Position numbers and translations under genes: made by a program
Assembly: GCA_963663475.2 (NCBI GenBank)
Contig: CAXXJV010000001.1
Location: 1,344,001-1,408,000 of the forward strand
Reading direction: 5' to 3'
From: Candidatus Cloacimonadales bacterium
Lineage (GTDB): Bacteria; Cloacimonadota; Cloacimonadia; Cloacimonadales; JAFGVF01
DNA length: 64,000 bases
Notes under the pieces: model-generated
What the model was told of the DNA's origin: nothing
The model's input: the letters and a program-made list of their open reading frames with translations, nothing else
The model's database searches: none
In this document: positions 28,989 through 38,694 of the stretch, one piece after another
Layout: each line of letters begins with the position of its first letter
Numbering within the stretch: the stretch's first letter is position 1

Positions 28989-29659
28989 CCAACAGAGAGT
29001 TATATATCAAAGCTGTAGAGTTAGTAGGTAAGGAAGTAATGGAAGTCAAGCAGAGGCAGTTCTTACAGAGGATAATTAAGAAGAACCAAGCCCCTAAATC
29101 CCCTAAAGGGGACTTTGATAAGATGGGAATGAAGAATGAGATATACCAGGAAATAATCACTTATTTAAATAACCTGTCAGGTAAACAATTTCGTTGGAAT
29201 ACTCCAGAGACTAAAGCTTTAATCAGAGCCAGATTAAACGAAGGTTTTACAGTAAAAGAATTTAAACAGGTTATAGATATTAAGTGTAAGCAATGGCTGA
29301 CAAATGAGTATTTTAAATTCTTAAGGCCGAAGACTCTTTTTGGTACTAAATTTGAGGGTTATCTGCAAGAATGGATAGTCTTTAAGAAGAAAGAAGAATA
29401 TCAAAGGAAAGAGCTCGAGAAAGCTAGGAGGATTGAGAGAGGACTTCCTGATGAAACTATTACTCCGGAAGAGTTGAAAAAACAAGAAGAGTGGAGAAAG
29501 CAAAGTAAAGAGCTCTTAGCTAAAGCTAGTGAAGAGGATTATAAGACCTTTTATAAGCAATTAAAGCCACCTTTTAAAGACATGGCCTATAAAAGGGGAT
29601 TGAAGGATAATCTTGTGAAGTTGTATTATATTCAGTGGTTAAAAATGAATAAAGACTGA
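28985..29659 (+). CDS. Conserved phage C-terminal domain (Phg_2220_C-like) protein, replication-initiator related
   Basis: EIITYLN...IRARLNEGFT..EFKQVID.K..QW...FLRPKTLFGTKFEGYL. Confidence 0.8.
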   Translation: MTNRELYIKAVELVGKEVMEVKQRQFLQRIIKKNQAPKSPKGDFDKMGMKNEIYQEIITYLNNLSGKQFRWNTPETKALIRARLNEGFTVKEFKQVIDIKCKQWLTNEYFKFLRPKTLFGTKFEGYLQEWIVFKKKEEYQRKELEKARRIERGLPDETITPEELKKQEEWRKQSKELLAKASEEDYKTFYKQLKPPFKDMAYKRGLKDNLVKLYYIQWLKMNKD

Positions 29660-29839
29660 AGAGTTAGGAGTTAGGAGTTAGGAGTTTAAGAGGCTCACAC
29701 GAAGGCACGAAGACACGAAGAAGAAGACCAGTTGTCGGAAGTCGCTACTTCGTGAGCAAGACCTGTCATTAGAGTAATTAGTGTAATTAGCCTGGGTTGG
29801 CATAGCTTTAGCGACGCCACCTGGATAGATTAAAAGGAG

Positions 29840-31324
29840 TTGAAGATGAGTAGGTTCGCCAAGATATTAGCAATTAGTAGAATAGCTAAAAAAACAGGTA
29901 ATAATGGCCTTTCCAAAAAAGACCAGGAGAAGTTGTTTAATGCCCTGGTAAAAGATATTACCACCCCGCCCAGGGGCACCCCTCCACAGAGGGGAATTAA
30001 AAAGAGCAATCTTTCTAATTTTACCAAAGTGGCAGAAGAGATAATGGGAGATAATCCCCAAGTAACAAAGTCTTATACAAAATTAGTAGAGAAATGGATA
30101 GAGCCTTATTCAGCAGGGCAAAAGCAGCTAATATTCAGTCAATACCAATCCTTTAGTCAAACAGCTTGGTTTCGTTCTTTAACTAATGACTATGTGTCTA
30201 ATCTGCAAGGAAGAGGAGTTACTAAGGTTCAAATCTTGGCTTATATGGATGACAGAACAACCGAGATATGCCAGGCCATGCACGGAAGAGTCTTTGATAT
30301 ATCTTCTTATAGCATTGACCCTGATTTTGTTACTTATGAGAAGATTGAGTCTATGGGTTATGGAAGTATGCCAACTAAAGATATGAAGGTAATGCTACCT
30401 CCTTATCATTTTAATTGCAGGACTACTTTTGTTACTTATGAAGAGGCGACTAATGATTTCGATAAAATCAAACAGAAAATATATGATGTAGAAAGTTTAA
30501 CAAGCAAAGATGTTAAAACGATTATGGAGCCTCTCAAGGGGGCTGAATGGCTTAATAAATCAAAAGAGAGCCAGCACTATCAGAAGCATGGGATTGACCA
30601 AGGCTTAAGCAGAGAGAAATACAAGCAACAAATTATTGACAGTTTACAAGACAATGATAATATGTACTTGGCAGTTAATAAAGGTAACAAAAACCTTACT
30701 TTAACAACGGTTAAATATCATCATCTAAGTGATAAAGGTGTTAAAAAATACCTATTTACTATCTTCCTGGTTAAAGAAGGCAAGGTTGTTACCAGTCATC
30801 TTAAGCCAGAGAATGAAGTTTTGCCAAAGGTTAAAGATAAGGCAATAAAAGTTGTTAGTATTAATAATGGTAAGCAAAGAATAATAAAGGAAGCTATCAT
30901 GAAAAAAGAAGATTATTGGAACAGGCATAACTCTTATGACAGCATTATAGCAGAGGTTGAGGATAACAAGAAGTGGGGTAATTATCCTCTCAACTGCCTT
31001 GTTACCTGGTACCAATATGTACCCAGTGAGTTAGAAGATGATGAAGACTGGCATTGGGAATTAGATAGATCTATTCCTGCCCGTTATGATATTCATATCC
31101 TGCTGATGAATGACTATAACTTCACCCAGGAAGAAAGAAACTTAATAGAGAGAACTGATAAAAAACTCTTAGATAACATTGATTATTACTTTAAGAAGAT
31201 TAAAGTTATAAGCCCAGATGAACTGGCAGAGTTTTTGATTTGGTTGCAGGAAGCGAGAGAAGCAGAGAAGAAAGAAGAGTCTCACACGAAGACACTAAGC
31301 CACGAAGAAAACACAAAAAAATAA
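29840..31324 (+). CDS. Mu gpF / SPP1 gp7-like head morphogenesis protein with long C-terminal extension (candidate MuF toxin)
   Basis: DDRTTEICQAMHG...PPYHFNCRT; then HYQKHG-containing domain and acidic domain. Confidence 0.8.
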   Translation: MKMSRFAKILAISRIAKKTGNNGLSKKDQEKLFNALVKDITTPPRGTPPQRGIKKSNLSNFTKVAEEIMGDNPQVTKSYTKLVEKWIEPYSAGQKQLIFSQYQSFSQTAWFRSLTNDYVSNLQGRGVTKVQILAYMDDRTTEICQAMHGRVFDISSYSIDPDFVTYEKIESMGYGSMPTKDMKVMLPPYHFNCRTTFVTYEEATNDFDKIKQKIYDVESLTSKDVKTIMEPLKGAEWLNKSKESQHYQKHGIDQGLSREKYKQQIIDSLQDNDNMYLAVNKGNKNLTLTTVKYHHLSDKGVKKYLFTIFLVKEGKVVTSHLKPENEVLPKVKDKAIKVVSINNGKQRIIKEAIMKKEDYWNRHNSYDSIIAEVEDNKKWGNYPLNCLVTWYQYVPSELEDDEDWHWELDRSIPARYDIHILLMNDYNFTQEERNLIERTDKKLLDNIDYYFKKIKVISPDELAEFLIWLQEAREAEKKEESHTKTLSHEENTKK

Positions 31325-31334
31325 AGGAGTTATT

Positions 31335-31880
31335 ATGAGAAAGTTAGTATTTATAGTGTGTTTGGTATTGTCGTTAATCCAATTAAATGCCAAAAATGAT
31401 GTTATAAGTCATACTGAGTTTGGCTGTACCTTGGGGCATTCAATAAACCAAAGAGGCTATACTGCTTCAGCATATCTGTTTAGCCGAAGTAAGTACAGTT
31501 CTAAATTTTCTCCATTTATAAAAGTTCTAATCGACTACAAAGGCGAACCTAAAGGTGTACTTATAGAAGATGAACCTTTTAGTTGGTGGGTTGATACAGG
31601 TAGAGAACTATATGAAAAACATATTATTTCTATTGGGAATGTTTATACTATAGACAGAAAATGCAGATATAAATTTGTTCCTTACTTAGGTTTTGGCTTT
31701 AAAGAAAATTTTATTCAGTGGGATTCATCCATTGGAGAGGTATTTTATTCTTCAAAATCTATTAATACTCTTGGTGAAGCTGGAGTAGATTTTCTGTTTG
31801 TGTATAAGCAATTACTTATTTCATTAGGTATTTCTGCTCAGGCAGGAGCTAATCTGGGGGTTGGATTTAGGTACTATTAA
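31335..31880 (+). CDS. Putative outer-membrane beta-barrel protein (moron)
   Basis: Signal peptide; alternating strands; ends LGVGFRYY. Confidence 0.7.
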   Translation: MRKLVFIVCLVLSLIQLNAKNDVISHTEFGCTLGHSINQRGYTASAYLFSRSKYSSKFSPFIKVLIDYKGEPKGVLIEDEPFSWWVDTGRELYEKHIISIGNVYTIDRKCRYKFVPYLGFGFKENFIQWDSSIGEVFYSSKSINTLGEAGVDFLFVYKQLLISLGISAQAGANLGVGFRYY

Positions 31881-32018
31881 AAAATATCTTGACAGCGTGT
31901 AAAACACTGCACCCCTCATGGCAGTGAAGATGATATTAACGCAGGAATGATAGCTATAGTTCTTCGTGAACTATCTGATGAGGTAACTAAAGATTTGTTT
32001 CAATCCTAAATAATCAAA

Positions 32019-32048
32019 GAGCAGGCATCAAAACCTGCTCTTTTTTTT
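32019..32048 (+). terminator. Rho-independent terminator ending the plus-strand block
   Basis: GAGCAGG-CATCAAAA-CCTGCTC followed by T8. Confidence 0.8.
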
Positions 32049-32136
32049 GCTTAAAATTATCTAAACTGCAATTTAATTTCTCAATCTTAGAACTAAAGGC
32101 GTATTCAATACGCCCCTACATTCTCAATTCTCAATT

Positions 32137-32697
32137 CTAAATTCTCAATTCCTGAAGTGTCATTTTCACTGCCAATTCTAAGAAAGGGCTAGGTTTTCTT
32201 CCGTGTTTTTTCATATTGATAGCAATAGCCCAAGCAGTTTGGGTTATTTTTTTATCTATCAAGTCTTGTTTCTTGGGTCTTTTACTTCTTTTCATGCTTT
32301 GAGCTTTAGACCAGGCACTTTTTATCTCATTTTTTACTATTCCCTTCTTGCGAACCCATTCTTTAATCTTATCAACTGGGGGCATATGGGGCTTGATTCC
32401 TTCATGTAGGTACTTAGGATATTTGGTAGAACCTGAGAGTTTCCCACCTTCAGCAACATATACCAGAATATAGGTTTCAGTATCAGACACCACAGTTTTA
32501 GTCTGGATAGAGTTCTTTAAATGCCCTGTAACGACCATTTTCTCACTTTCTACGATGTTTATTGCCCTTGTCCTTATCTTGTCAGCAATTAAACCTAATT
32601 CTTCTTTTAAATGCCTTTTTACGCTTTCCATGTGTTTCTCCTTTAATTTATCGCCCGAAGTCCCTTGCCTAGGCCTGAGGGACTCCGGTCTTCTCAC
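32137..32697 (-). CDS. HK97 gp10 / Mu gpG-like neck protein
   Basis: TGHLKNSI, Y.KYLHEG.KPHMPP, PSPFLE; true start may be downstream at MESV. Confidence 0.7.
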   Translation of the reverse strand: MRRPESLRPRQGTSGDKLKEKHMESVKRHLKEELGLIADKIRTRAINIVESEKMVVTGHLKNSIQTKTVVSDTETYILVYVAEGGKLSGSTKYPKYLHEGIKPHMPPVDKIKEWVRKKGIVKNEIKSAWSKAQSMKRSKRPKKQDLIDKKITQTAWAIAINMKKHGRKPSPFLELAVKMTLQELRI

Positions 32698-32700
32698 TCA

Positions 32701-33063
32701 CTATATATCAATAAAAGGCAAAAATCCTTCTCGTTCATTTATGATGTCATAGATAATCAGATTAGCTTCTTTGAGATAAAAGTCTTGTCTTCTCATCACA
32801 TCAGCATCAGAAATTAAATGTTGAGCAGATTCACCTGTCCCCACTTGTTTAAAGACTCCTTTATTGCCTGCTATATAAGATATACGAGGTATCAGGTAAT
32901 ATGCAGTTAAATACTTAAGAGCCTTGGTTATAGCATTATCTCCTGTATCTTCTACACCCTTGCGGCCGATGTATTCATAAGCATCATTTATAGCATTCTC
33001 AATCACATCGTTATTTACATCTGTAATGTTCATAAATGTTTTAATCTGGTCTGCAGTAATCAT
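32701..33063 (-). CDS. Putative head-tail connector
   Basis: MITADQIK...IENAINDA...ALKYLTAY pattern; position next to portal. Confidence 0.55.
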   Translation of the reverse strand: MITADQIKTFMNITDVNNDVIENAINDAYEYIGRKGVEDTGDNAITKALKYLTAYYLIPRISYIAGNKGVFKQVGTGESAQHLISDADVMRRQDFYLKEANLIIYDIINEREGFLPFIDI

Positions 33064-33440
33064 AAAAGCTCCTCAAAGTGTAAGGTTTCTGTAGTTAAAT
33101 TAAAGAGGGTGGCCTTGTACTCACTTCCGTTTATAACAAGGGGTGGTGATGTTTCAAGAGAGACAAATAAGTCAGCATCAAACTGCTCAATTTTACTGAG
33201 CAATTCTAAGACAATTTGAGTATGATTTACACTAGTTTCATCTGTTTTAGTTACTATGGTAAGACTTACGTCCACCTGGTATCGGTTGAGGTTTAGAGAT
33301 TCATTTTTCTTTTTAAAGACCTTTTCCAAGGAATACAGAGCCTTTCTATGGTAAGAGGCAATATCAGTATTAATATCTACTAAAGAAAGGCCTGTGCCTG
33401 CAATTAGCTCTTCTATCACATTCCATAAGGGGTAAATCAT
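33060..33440 (-). CDS. Putative tail-completion protein
   Basis: Size, position and translational coupling. Confidence 0.4.
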   Translation of the reverse strand: MIYPLWNVIEELIAGTGLSLVDINTDIASYHRKALYSLEKVFKKKNESLNLNRYQVDVSLTIVTKTDETSVNHTQIVLELLSKIEQFDADLFVSLETSPPLVINGSEYKATLFNLTTETLHFEELL

Positions 33441-34495
33441 TAAGACCTCCTAAGCAAGCTGTCCACACTTGTATTTTCTTTGATATTATAGACTAGAGGG
33501 TTAATAGTGAAGTCTGGATTATTTCCAAAAATACCAGGATATTTCTTTGCCAGTCCTCCGAATTGCCCAGATAAGACTAATTGTTTTGGATGGATGGTAG
33601 TCTGGAAGAAGATCTCCATTTGCCCTTCAGTTTCTCCTGAACCTCCCATAGCAGTAGTATTAACCATAGAGAGTAAGCGGGGTGGTACTGCATGACAAGC
33701 AATGATGTTAGTAATACATTGTTGCTCCAACTGTAAGAAAGAAGCATCTTCTCTTTGCTGTAAAGCAGTCCATTTTCCTGACATTCCTTCTTTGTAAGGT
33801 ATAACTAAAAGTTTATGAGCTCTTTCTTCTCCCTGGAACTTTTGTCTGAAGAAAGATTGAACATTATATTGAGCATTGGGTGAAATAGCTCCTCCCATTA
33901 TCTCATAAACATAGTCTGGGATAGCGTTATTATCAAAAAATCTCTCATTATAAGTCTTAATCCTTTTAATAATCCTAATATCAGGGAGTATAGGAAGATA
34001 AGAAGGTGCACCATAAATTGTAGATAAAGGTGTAGCTTGTTTAAAATGAAATACTTCATCTTCTTTAAAATCAACACTTTCTCCGTTAACTGTTTGCCTG
34101 TAACCTGTTTTAATTTTTCTCATAGTTTGAGCAGGCAAGTGAAAGATTTGTCTTTTGCTTCCTACTTTAGGTAACTCCCAGTAAGCATTTCCATACATTT
34201 CATAATCCTTAATTGTTTTTAATAATAAAGTAATTGCTGAATCTGTTGGCGTTACTTCTTCCAGGATGTCCATAATTCTCTTATCAAAGCCCTTGCCCAG
34301 GATATTGATTGCTTTCTTTTCAATACACTCAGCATGATAAGGATTGATTGTATAAGCATCAGTGAGTTCATCCATTTCAAAAGGATAGTTGAACTCGTCG
34401 TCTTTTAAATCTAAAGCCTTACTTTTAGATGCTTGAGTATCATCAGATTTACTGATAATTACAAATGGTTCGTAGTTTAATTCATTACTATTCAT
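33440..34495 (-). CDS. Portal protein (PBSX/P2 Q family)
   Basis: YGNAYWE, HLPAQTMR, IYGAPSY, YNERFFDNNAIP, HAVPPRL. Confidence 0.9.
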   Translation of the reverse strand: MNSNELNYEPFVIISKSDDTQASKSKALDLKDDEFNYPFEMDELTDAYTINPYHAECIEKKAINILGKGFDKRIMDILEEVTPTDSAITLLLKTIKDYEMYGNAYWELPKVGSKRQIFHLPAQTMRKIKTGYRQTVNGESVDFKEDEVFHFKQATPLSTIYGAPSYLPILPDIRIIKRIKTYNERFFDNNAIPDYVYEIMGGAISPNAQYNVQSFFRQKFQGEERAHKLLVIPYKEGMSGKWTALQQREDASFLQLEQQCITNIIACHAVPPRLLSMVNTTAMGGSGETEGQMEIFFQTTIHPKQLVLSGQFGGLAKKYPGIFGNNPDFTINPLVYNIKENTSVDSLLRRS

Positions 34496-34527
34496 ATATT
34501 TCTCCTTTTATTCCCCTACATTCCTCA

Positions 34528-35796
34528 CTAAACAACCATCACTCCATCAATCACTCTTTCAGAATGTCTTAAATCATAAAGCATAGCTAAAGACCAAAAT
34601 TTATCTCCATGATGTTCAGTGCTTTCTGCATTATAGGAGAAGATGTTAGTACGGTTAGCAGATCTCTTTATTGATAAAATATGATTAAGCAGTGAAGGAT
34701 CATTTGGTATTAATAGTTTCTTGTCTTCGAAGCCTCTTTTTAATCTTTTGGCAAGCCTTTCTTTAACAGCAGGAGCAAAGCTATATCCCTCAATTACATT
34801 AGGATAAAGGTAAGATAAATCTTCCCAGAGATTATAACCTATACCACCTCTATCTATAGCAAATCCATCTGCATCAGATTGTCTTATCAAGTTTATAAAA
34901 AACTCTTTCTGATAGGCAAAAGTCTCTCTCTTTAAGTCCTTTATATAATTAACAACCATTAACTTATCATCATTAATAAAGGCTCCTGTGATAGCAGTTT
35001 CATCTTTCTTTCTTCCAATATCAGCAGCATAAAACATTTTAGTGTCTTCAGGGGTTGGATGTTCGTTAACATAAAGACAGGGTTCTATCAGGTTGTAAGG
35101 AATATAAGAGTCTGTAGTATCTAATGGCAGGCATTCATAAGCTTGAGCAAATTCTTCAGGTGTAAAAAGACTTCTTAATTCATCAACATTAATATCAAGT
35201 CCTTCTTCTTTGGCTGTATGAATAGTGATTAAATGCTTAGAAAAAGCATCATTCTTATCCCATATTTCCCAAAACTTATCTATCCTACTCTTAGGAGTCG
35301 AGATTACTGTTACTCTTCCTTGAGCTGCTGTAATAGCAGGAATAATAGCTTTCCATACTTCCCTGTCCTGGATAATAAAAGCAAACTCATCTAAATATAC
35401 ATCACCTGCAAAACCTCTAGCAGTCATCCAATTAGTCGCCAAAGCTTTAATACTTTTACCATTGGGCATTAAGATTTCATGTTCAGTATCATTAAAAGCT
35501 TCTATTCCCATTGCTTTAAGATGACTTCTTACATGGTTCATCACAATAACAGCATTATCTTTAGAAGCTGAAACTATTAACTGGTCCTTGTTATTAATTA
35601 ATGAACCAATAATCATCTCTAGGCCTGATAGAAAAGAAAATCCTATTTGTCTCGATTTATTAGCAATCCTATACCTGGATTTATCAGCTAAGAACTTCTT
35701 TTGATATATTCTTAAGTTCTTGATACAGTATTGCTGTATAGCAGTCCTGACAAAAGCAGGTACCTTATCTGTTGACCATATTTGCCCTTTTTTCAT
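34528..35796 (-). CDS. Terminase large subunit
   Basis: KSRQIGFS, VYLDEFAF, ISTP, ADIGRKKD, HGDKFWSLAM. Confidence 0.93.
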   Translation of the reverse strand: MKKGQIWSTDKVPAFVRTAIQQYCIKNLRIYQKKFLADKSRYRIANKSRQIGFSFLSGLEMIIGSLINNKDQLIVSASKDNAVIVMNHVRSHLKAMGIEAFNDTEHEILMPNGKSIKALATNWMTARGFAGDVYLDEFAFIIQDREVWKAIIPAITAAQGRVTVISTPKSRIDKFWEIWDKNDAFSKHLITIHTAKEEGLDINVDELRSLFTPEEFAQAYECLPLDTTDSYIPYNLIEPCLYVNEHPTPEDTKMFYAADIGRKKDETAITGAFINDDKLMVVNYIKDLKRETFAYQKEFFINLIRQSDADGFAIDRGGIGYNLWEDLSYLYPNVIEGYSFAPAVKERLAKRLKRGFEDKKLLIPNDPSLLNHILSIKRSANRTNIFSYNAESTEHHGDKFWSLAMLYDLRHSERVIDGVMVV

Positions 35797-36003
35797 TTTT
35801 CTCCTTTAATCTATCCACGAATTACACTAATTACACTAAGAAATAGCCACCGAAAACACTGAAAACACCGAATATCTTAAATTCGTAAATTATTAAATTC
35901 TTAAATCTTCTCTGTGTTCTCTGTGTCTCTGTGGTAAAATCTTCTTTCTTCAATTCCTCACTCCTAATTCCTAACTCTTAGCTTGGTCCTGTCTACAACT
36001 TTC

Positions 36004-36041
36004 GGTATAGATGTATATATCTATACCAAAACATATTGACA
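36004..36041 (+). promoter_or_regulatory. Palindromic regulator site next to -35 of the divergent late promoter
   Basis: GGTATAGAT-N6-ATCTATACC (36004-36027); TTGACA at 36036. Confidence 0.55.
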
Positions 36042-36097
36042 CCCTTTAAAAAAAGAGCAATTTTATCCATGTAATTAATTTTATTAAGGAGGCTTGA

Positions 36098-36733
36098 ATG
36101 CCAAAATTAAAAGAGTTAGATGTCTCTTTTGTGTCATTGGTTAAGAACCCTGCCAATAAAAAGGATATCGTATTTAAAGCAGCTGATAAATACAATATCA
36201 CTAAAATGGTTAAAGTGGTTAAAACTGATCCTAAAGGGCTTATCTATGGAACTGTCTATGAAGCTGACACTAAGGATTCACAAGGTGACTGGGCTGATAT
36301 TGATACTATTAGAAAAGCTGCTCATGAATTTCTAATGAAAGGTAAAAATCTAAATGTTGATGAAGACCATAATGAAAAACCTTCAGGTGCTGCTATTGTC
36401 GAATCTTATGTTGATGACAAAGCTTGGAAGGTAACTATTAAGGCCGACCCGGAAAGCGAAACCTTTAAAAAAGTTATGAAAGGTGATTATGAAGGACTTT
36501 CTCTCATGGGAGTTGCTAAGAAAGTTGAAGAAGAACCACCTGCTAAAGAAGATGCTTTAGCAAAATCTATGGAAGAAATTAAACAATTAAAAGAACAGGT
36601 TGCTCAATTACAGAAAAGTATGGAAAGCCTACCTGGTACAAAGCAAATCGAATTCGATAAAGACGGTAATATCATAGCTAAAAAAAGCGATGATACCGAA
36701 CTATTCTCTGAATTCAAAACCTTGGAGGTTTAA
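36098..36733 (+). CDS. XkdF-like prohead protease/scaffold
   Basis: VSLVKNPAN, YGTVYE...DSQGD, IRKAAHEF, VESY, GLSLMG. Confidence 0.85.
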   Translation: MPKLKELDVSFVSLVKNPANKKDIVFKAADKYNITKMVKVVKTDPKGLIYGTVYEADTKDSQGDWADIDTIRKAAHEFLMKGKNLNVDEDHNEKPSGAAIVESYVDDKAWKVTIKADPESETFKKVMKGDYEGLSLMGVAKKVEEEPPAKEDALAKSMEEIKQLKEQVAQLQKSMESLPGTKQIEFDKDGNIIAKKSDDTELFSEFKTLEV

Positions 36734-36735
36734 GA

Positions 36736-37569
36736 ATGGCTAAACTTTTATCAAAAAAATCTGCTGACCGCTTCATTGAGATAATGGTAGAAAACTCTCC
36801 AGTTCTCAAGAAGATTTCCTTCGCAACTCTCTCTATGCCTGTTTGTGAATATCCTCTTTTGGGAATTAGCAGATATAAGACTCGCGGGATTGCCCGTAAC
36901 TCTGTCGCATCTCTCGTAAATCCTACTGATGTAACAATTTCTTTCAACTGTAAAGAAGTTGTTTTACCTTTAGTTATTCCTGATTCTTATGCTGAAGATA
37001 TGAATACTTCACAAGAAAAAATAGCTAATTATGTTGCTCGCGTTTTTGGCCTGGATATGCAATACCTTTTCTTAGCAGGTGATACTGCTAATGAAGGAAC
37101 TGCTGATAAAGACCTTCTTGCAAAAACTCTTGATGGTTTGGTTAAGCAAGTAACTGCCAGTGGAAACACTGTTGATTATCCTGCTGATGCTACACCTTTA
37201 GACAAGCTTAAGCTCTTAATCAAGGCACTTCCCGATAACGCTTTGGCTGATCCTAAACTGGAAATCTGGATGGGTTCCTCTGATTACACTGACCTCTGGG
37301 ATTCCATTGCCAATAACTCTGCTGATAAAGCACTCTTGATGAAAGATAACAAAATCTATTATAGAACTAAAGAAGTTGTCGAAATTCCTGAACTCTCTAA
37401 GATTATTGTTCTCAATCCTGAGCATGTTGCAGCTGGTATTGTTAGAGATATGACTATCGAAACTCAGCGTTATCCTGAAGCTCGTGGTAACAAAGTTGTT
37501 CTTTCTGCTCGTGTAGATATTCAACCTGTTACTGATCACATGGTTATTGAAGGTAGCCAATCAGCTTAA
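36736..37569 (+). CDS. Major capsid protein (XkdG/P2-like HK97 fold)
   Basis: ADRFIEIMVENSPVLK, FGLDMQYLFLAGD, DGLVK; follows protease. Confidence 0.8.
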   Translation: MAKLLSKKSADRFIEIMVENSPVLKKISFATLSMPVCEYPLLGISRYKTRGIARNSVASLVNPTDVTISFNCKEVVLPLVIPDSYAEDMNTSQEKIANYVARVFGLDMQYLFLAGDTANEGTADKDLLAKTLDGLVKQVTASGNTVDYPADATPLDKLKLLIKALPDNALADPKLEIWMGSSDYTDLWDSIANNSADKALLMKDNKIYYRTKEVVEIPELSKIIVLNPEHVAAGIVRDMTIETQRYPEARGNKVVLSARVDIQPVTDHMVIEGSQSA

Positions 37570-37579
37570 GGAGTTGATT

Positions 37580-37777
37580 ATGCCTGTTTGTGAGCAACAC
37601 GCACGACTTGAAGAAGATATTAAATATATCAAAAATAAACTTGATGGCAATGGTCGTCCAGGTGTCCTGGAACGGCTTAGCCGTCTGGAAACGAAATTAA
37701 CAATCATAATCTGGCTTAATGGTTTTATGGCTTCTGCTGTGATTGGAAGCATTATTAAGTCTATAATTGGAGGATAA
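37580..37777 (+). CDS. Small membrane protein (XhlA/holin-like)
   Basis: AAGGAG RBS; coiled coil + C-terminal TM; upstream of lysozyme. Confidence 0.6.
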   Translation: MPVCEQHARLEEDIKYIKNKLDGNGRPGVLERLSRLETKLTIIIWLNGFMASAVIGSIIKSIIGG

Positions 37778-37778
37778 T

Positions 37779-38189
37779 GTGGGCGAATTATTTAATCATC
37801 CTGCTGTTGTATCTGCTATTAGTGTAATCTTTACACTTTTTATTATGGGGGCTTTCTGGATTATTAAAAAGCAAAAACTTAACTTTGACTTCTTACTTCC
37901 AACAGTCACCACTATTATTGAAGCTATCTTTGCTAATGCTAAGGCAACTAATCCTGCTTTAGCTGCAAGACAAGAAGTAGAGACGCGACTGTCTCAAGAG
38001 GAATTAGCTAGACTCTCTAAACGCTTAGCTACCAACGACCCCGTCCAAACTATATATAATACTATAACAAATCCGGCCAGAGAGTCCGGGGAAAAAGATG
38101 CTTCTTCCTGGATAAGACAAATTGCAAGTGGCTTAGGTGCTTCTGCTATCTCTGGACTCGCAAAAGGATTGGCAAAGAAGTTGTTTTAG
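37779..38189 (+). CDS. Putative holin
   Basis: GGAGG RBS, GTG start; N-terminal TM; precedes lysozyme. Confidence 0.5.
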   Translation: MGELFNHPAVVSAISVIFTLFIMGAFWIIKKQKLNFDFLLPTVTTIIEAIFANAKATNPALAARQEVETRLSQEELARLSKRLATNDPVQTIYNTITNPARESGEKDASSWIRQIASGLGASAISGLAKGLAKKLF

Positions 38190-38197
38190 AGAAAATT

Positions 38198-38647
38198 ATG
38201 ATGAGACACATTAAAATTCAATGTAAAGAAATCGCTCGTAAGATGCTGATGAAACACGAAGGTCTAAGACTTAAACCTTATTCTTGCTCAGCAGGAAAAC
38301 TAACAATTGGTTTTGGGCGAAATTTGGAAGACAAGGGAATCACTGAAGTTGAAGCACATAATCTACTTGATAATGATATTGATTCTCTTGTCTCTCAACT
38401 GATTAAAACTTATCCCTGGTTTAGGGAACTCAATGATGTGAGAAAGGCTGTTGTTATTGATATGGCCTTTAACTTAGGACTAGCAGGCTTCTCTGCTTTT
38501 AAAAAGACTATTGCTTACCTTACTCAGCATGATTACTCTAATGCTTCTCGCGAAATGCTTAACAGCAAGTGGGCTATGCAAGTGGGTTATCGTGCCAATG
38601 AGCTATCTAAGCTAATGGAGAATGGAGAATTGAGAAGTGAGAAATAA
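38198..38647 (+). CDS. Phage lysozyme (GH24/T4-like endolysin)
   Basis: HEGLRLKPY.CSAGKLTIGFGRNL; DMAFNLG; EML.SKWA.QV..RA. Confidence 0.92.
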   Translation: MMRHIKIQCKEIARKMLMKHEGLRLKPYSCSAGKLTIGFGRNLEDKGITEVEAHNLLDNDIDSLVSQLIKTYPWFRELNDVRKAVVIDMAFNLGLAGFSAFKKTIAYLTQHDYSNASREMLNSKWAMQVGYRANELSKLMENGELRSEK

Positions 38648-38694
38648 CCGGGAACGCTGACATCTTGTCGGCACACTAAATATAAGGAGAAAAT

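Noticed and set aside
31975-32000. Hammerhead ribozyme (CTGATGAG)
   Set aside because: No downstream GAAA core or compatible stems
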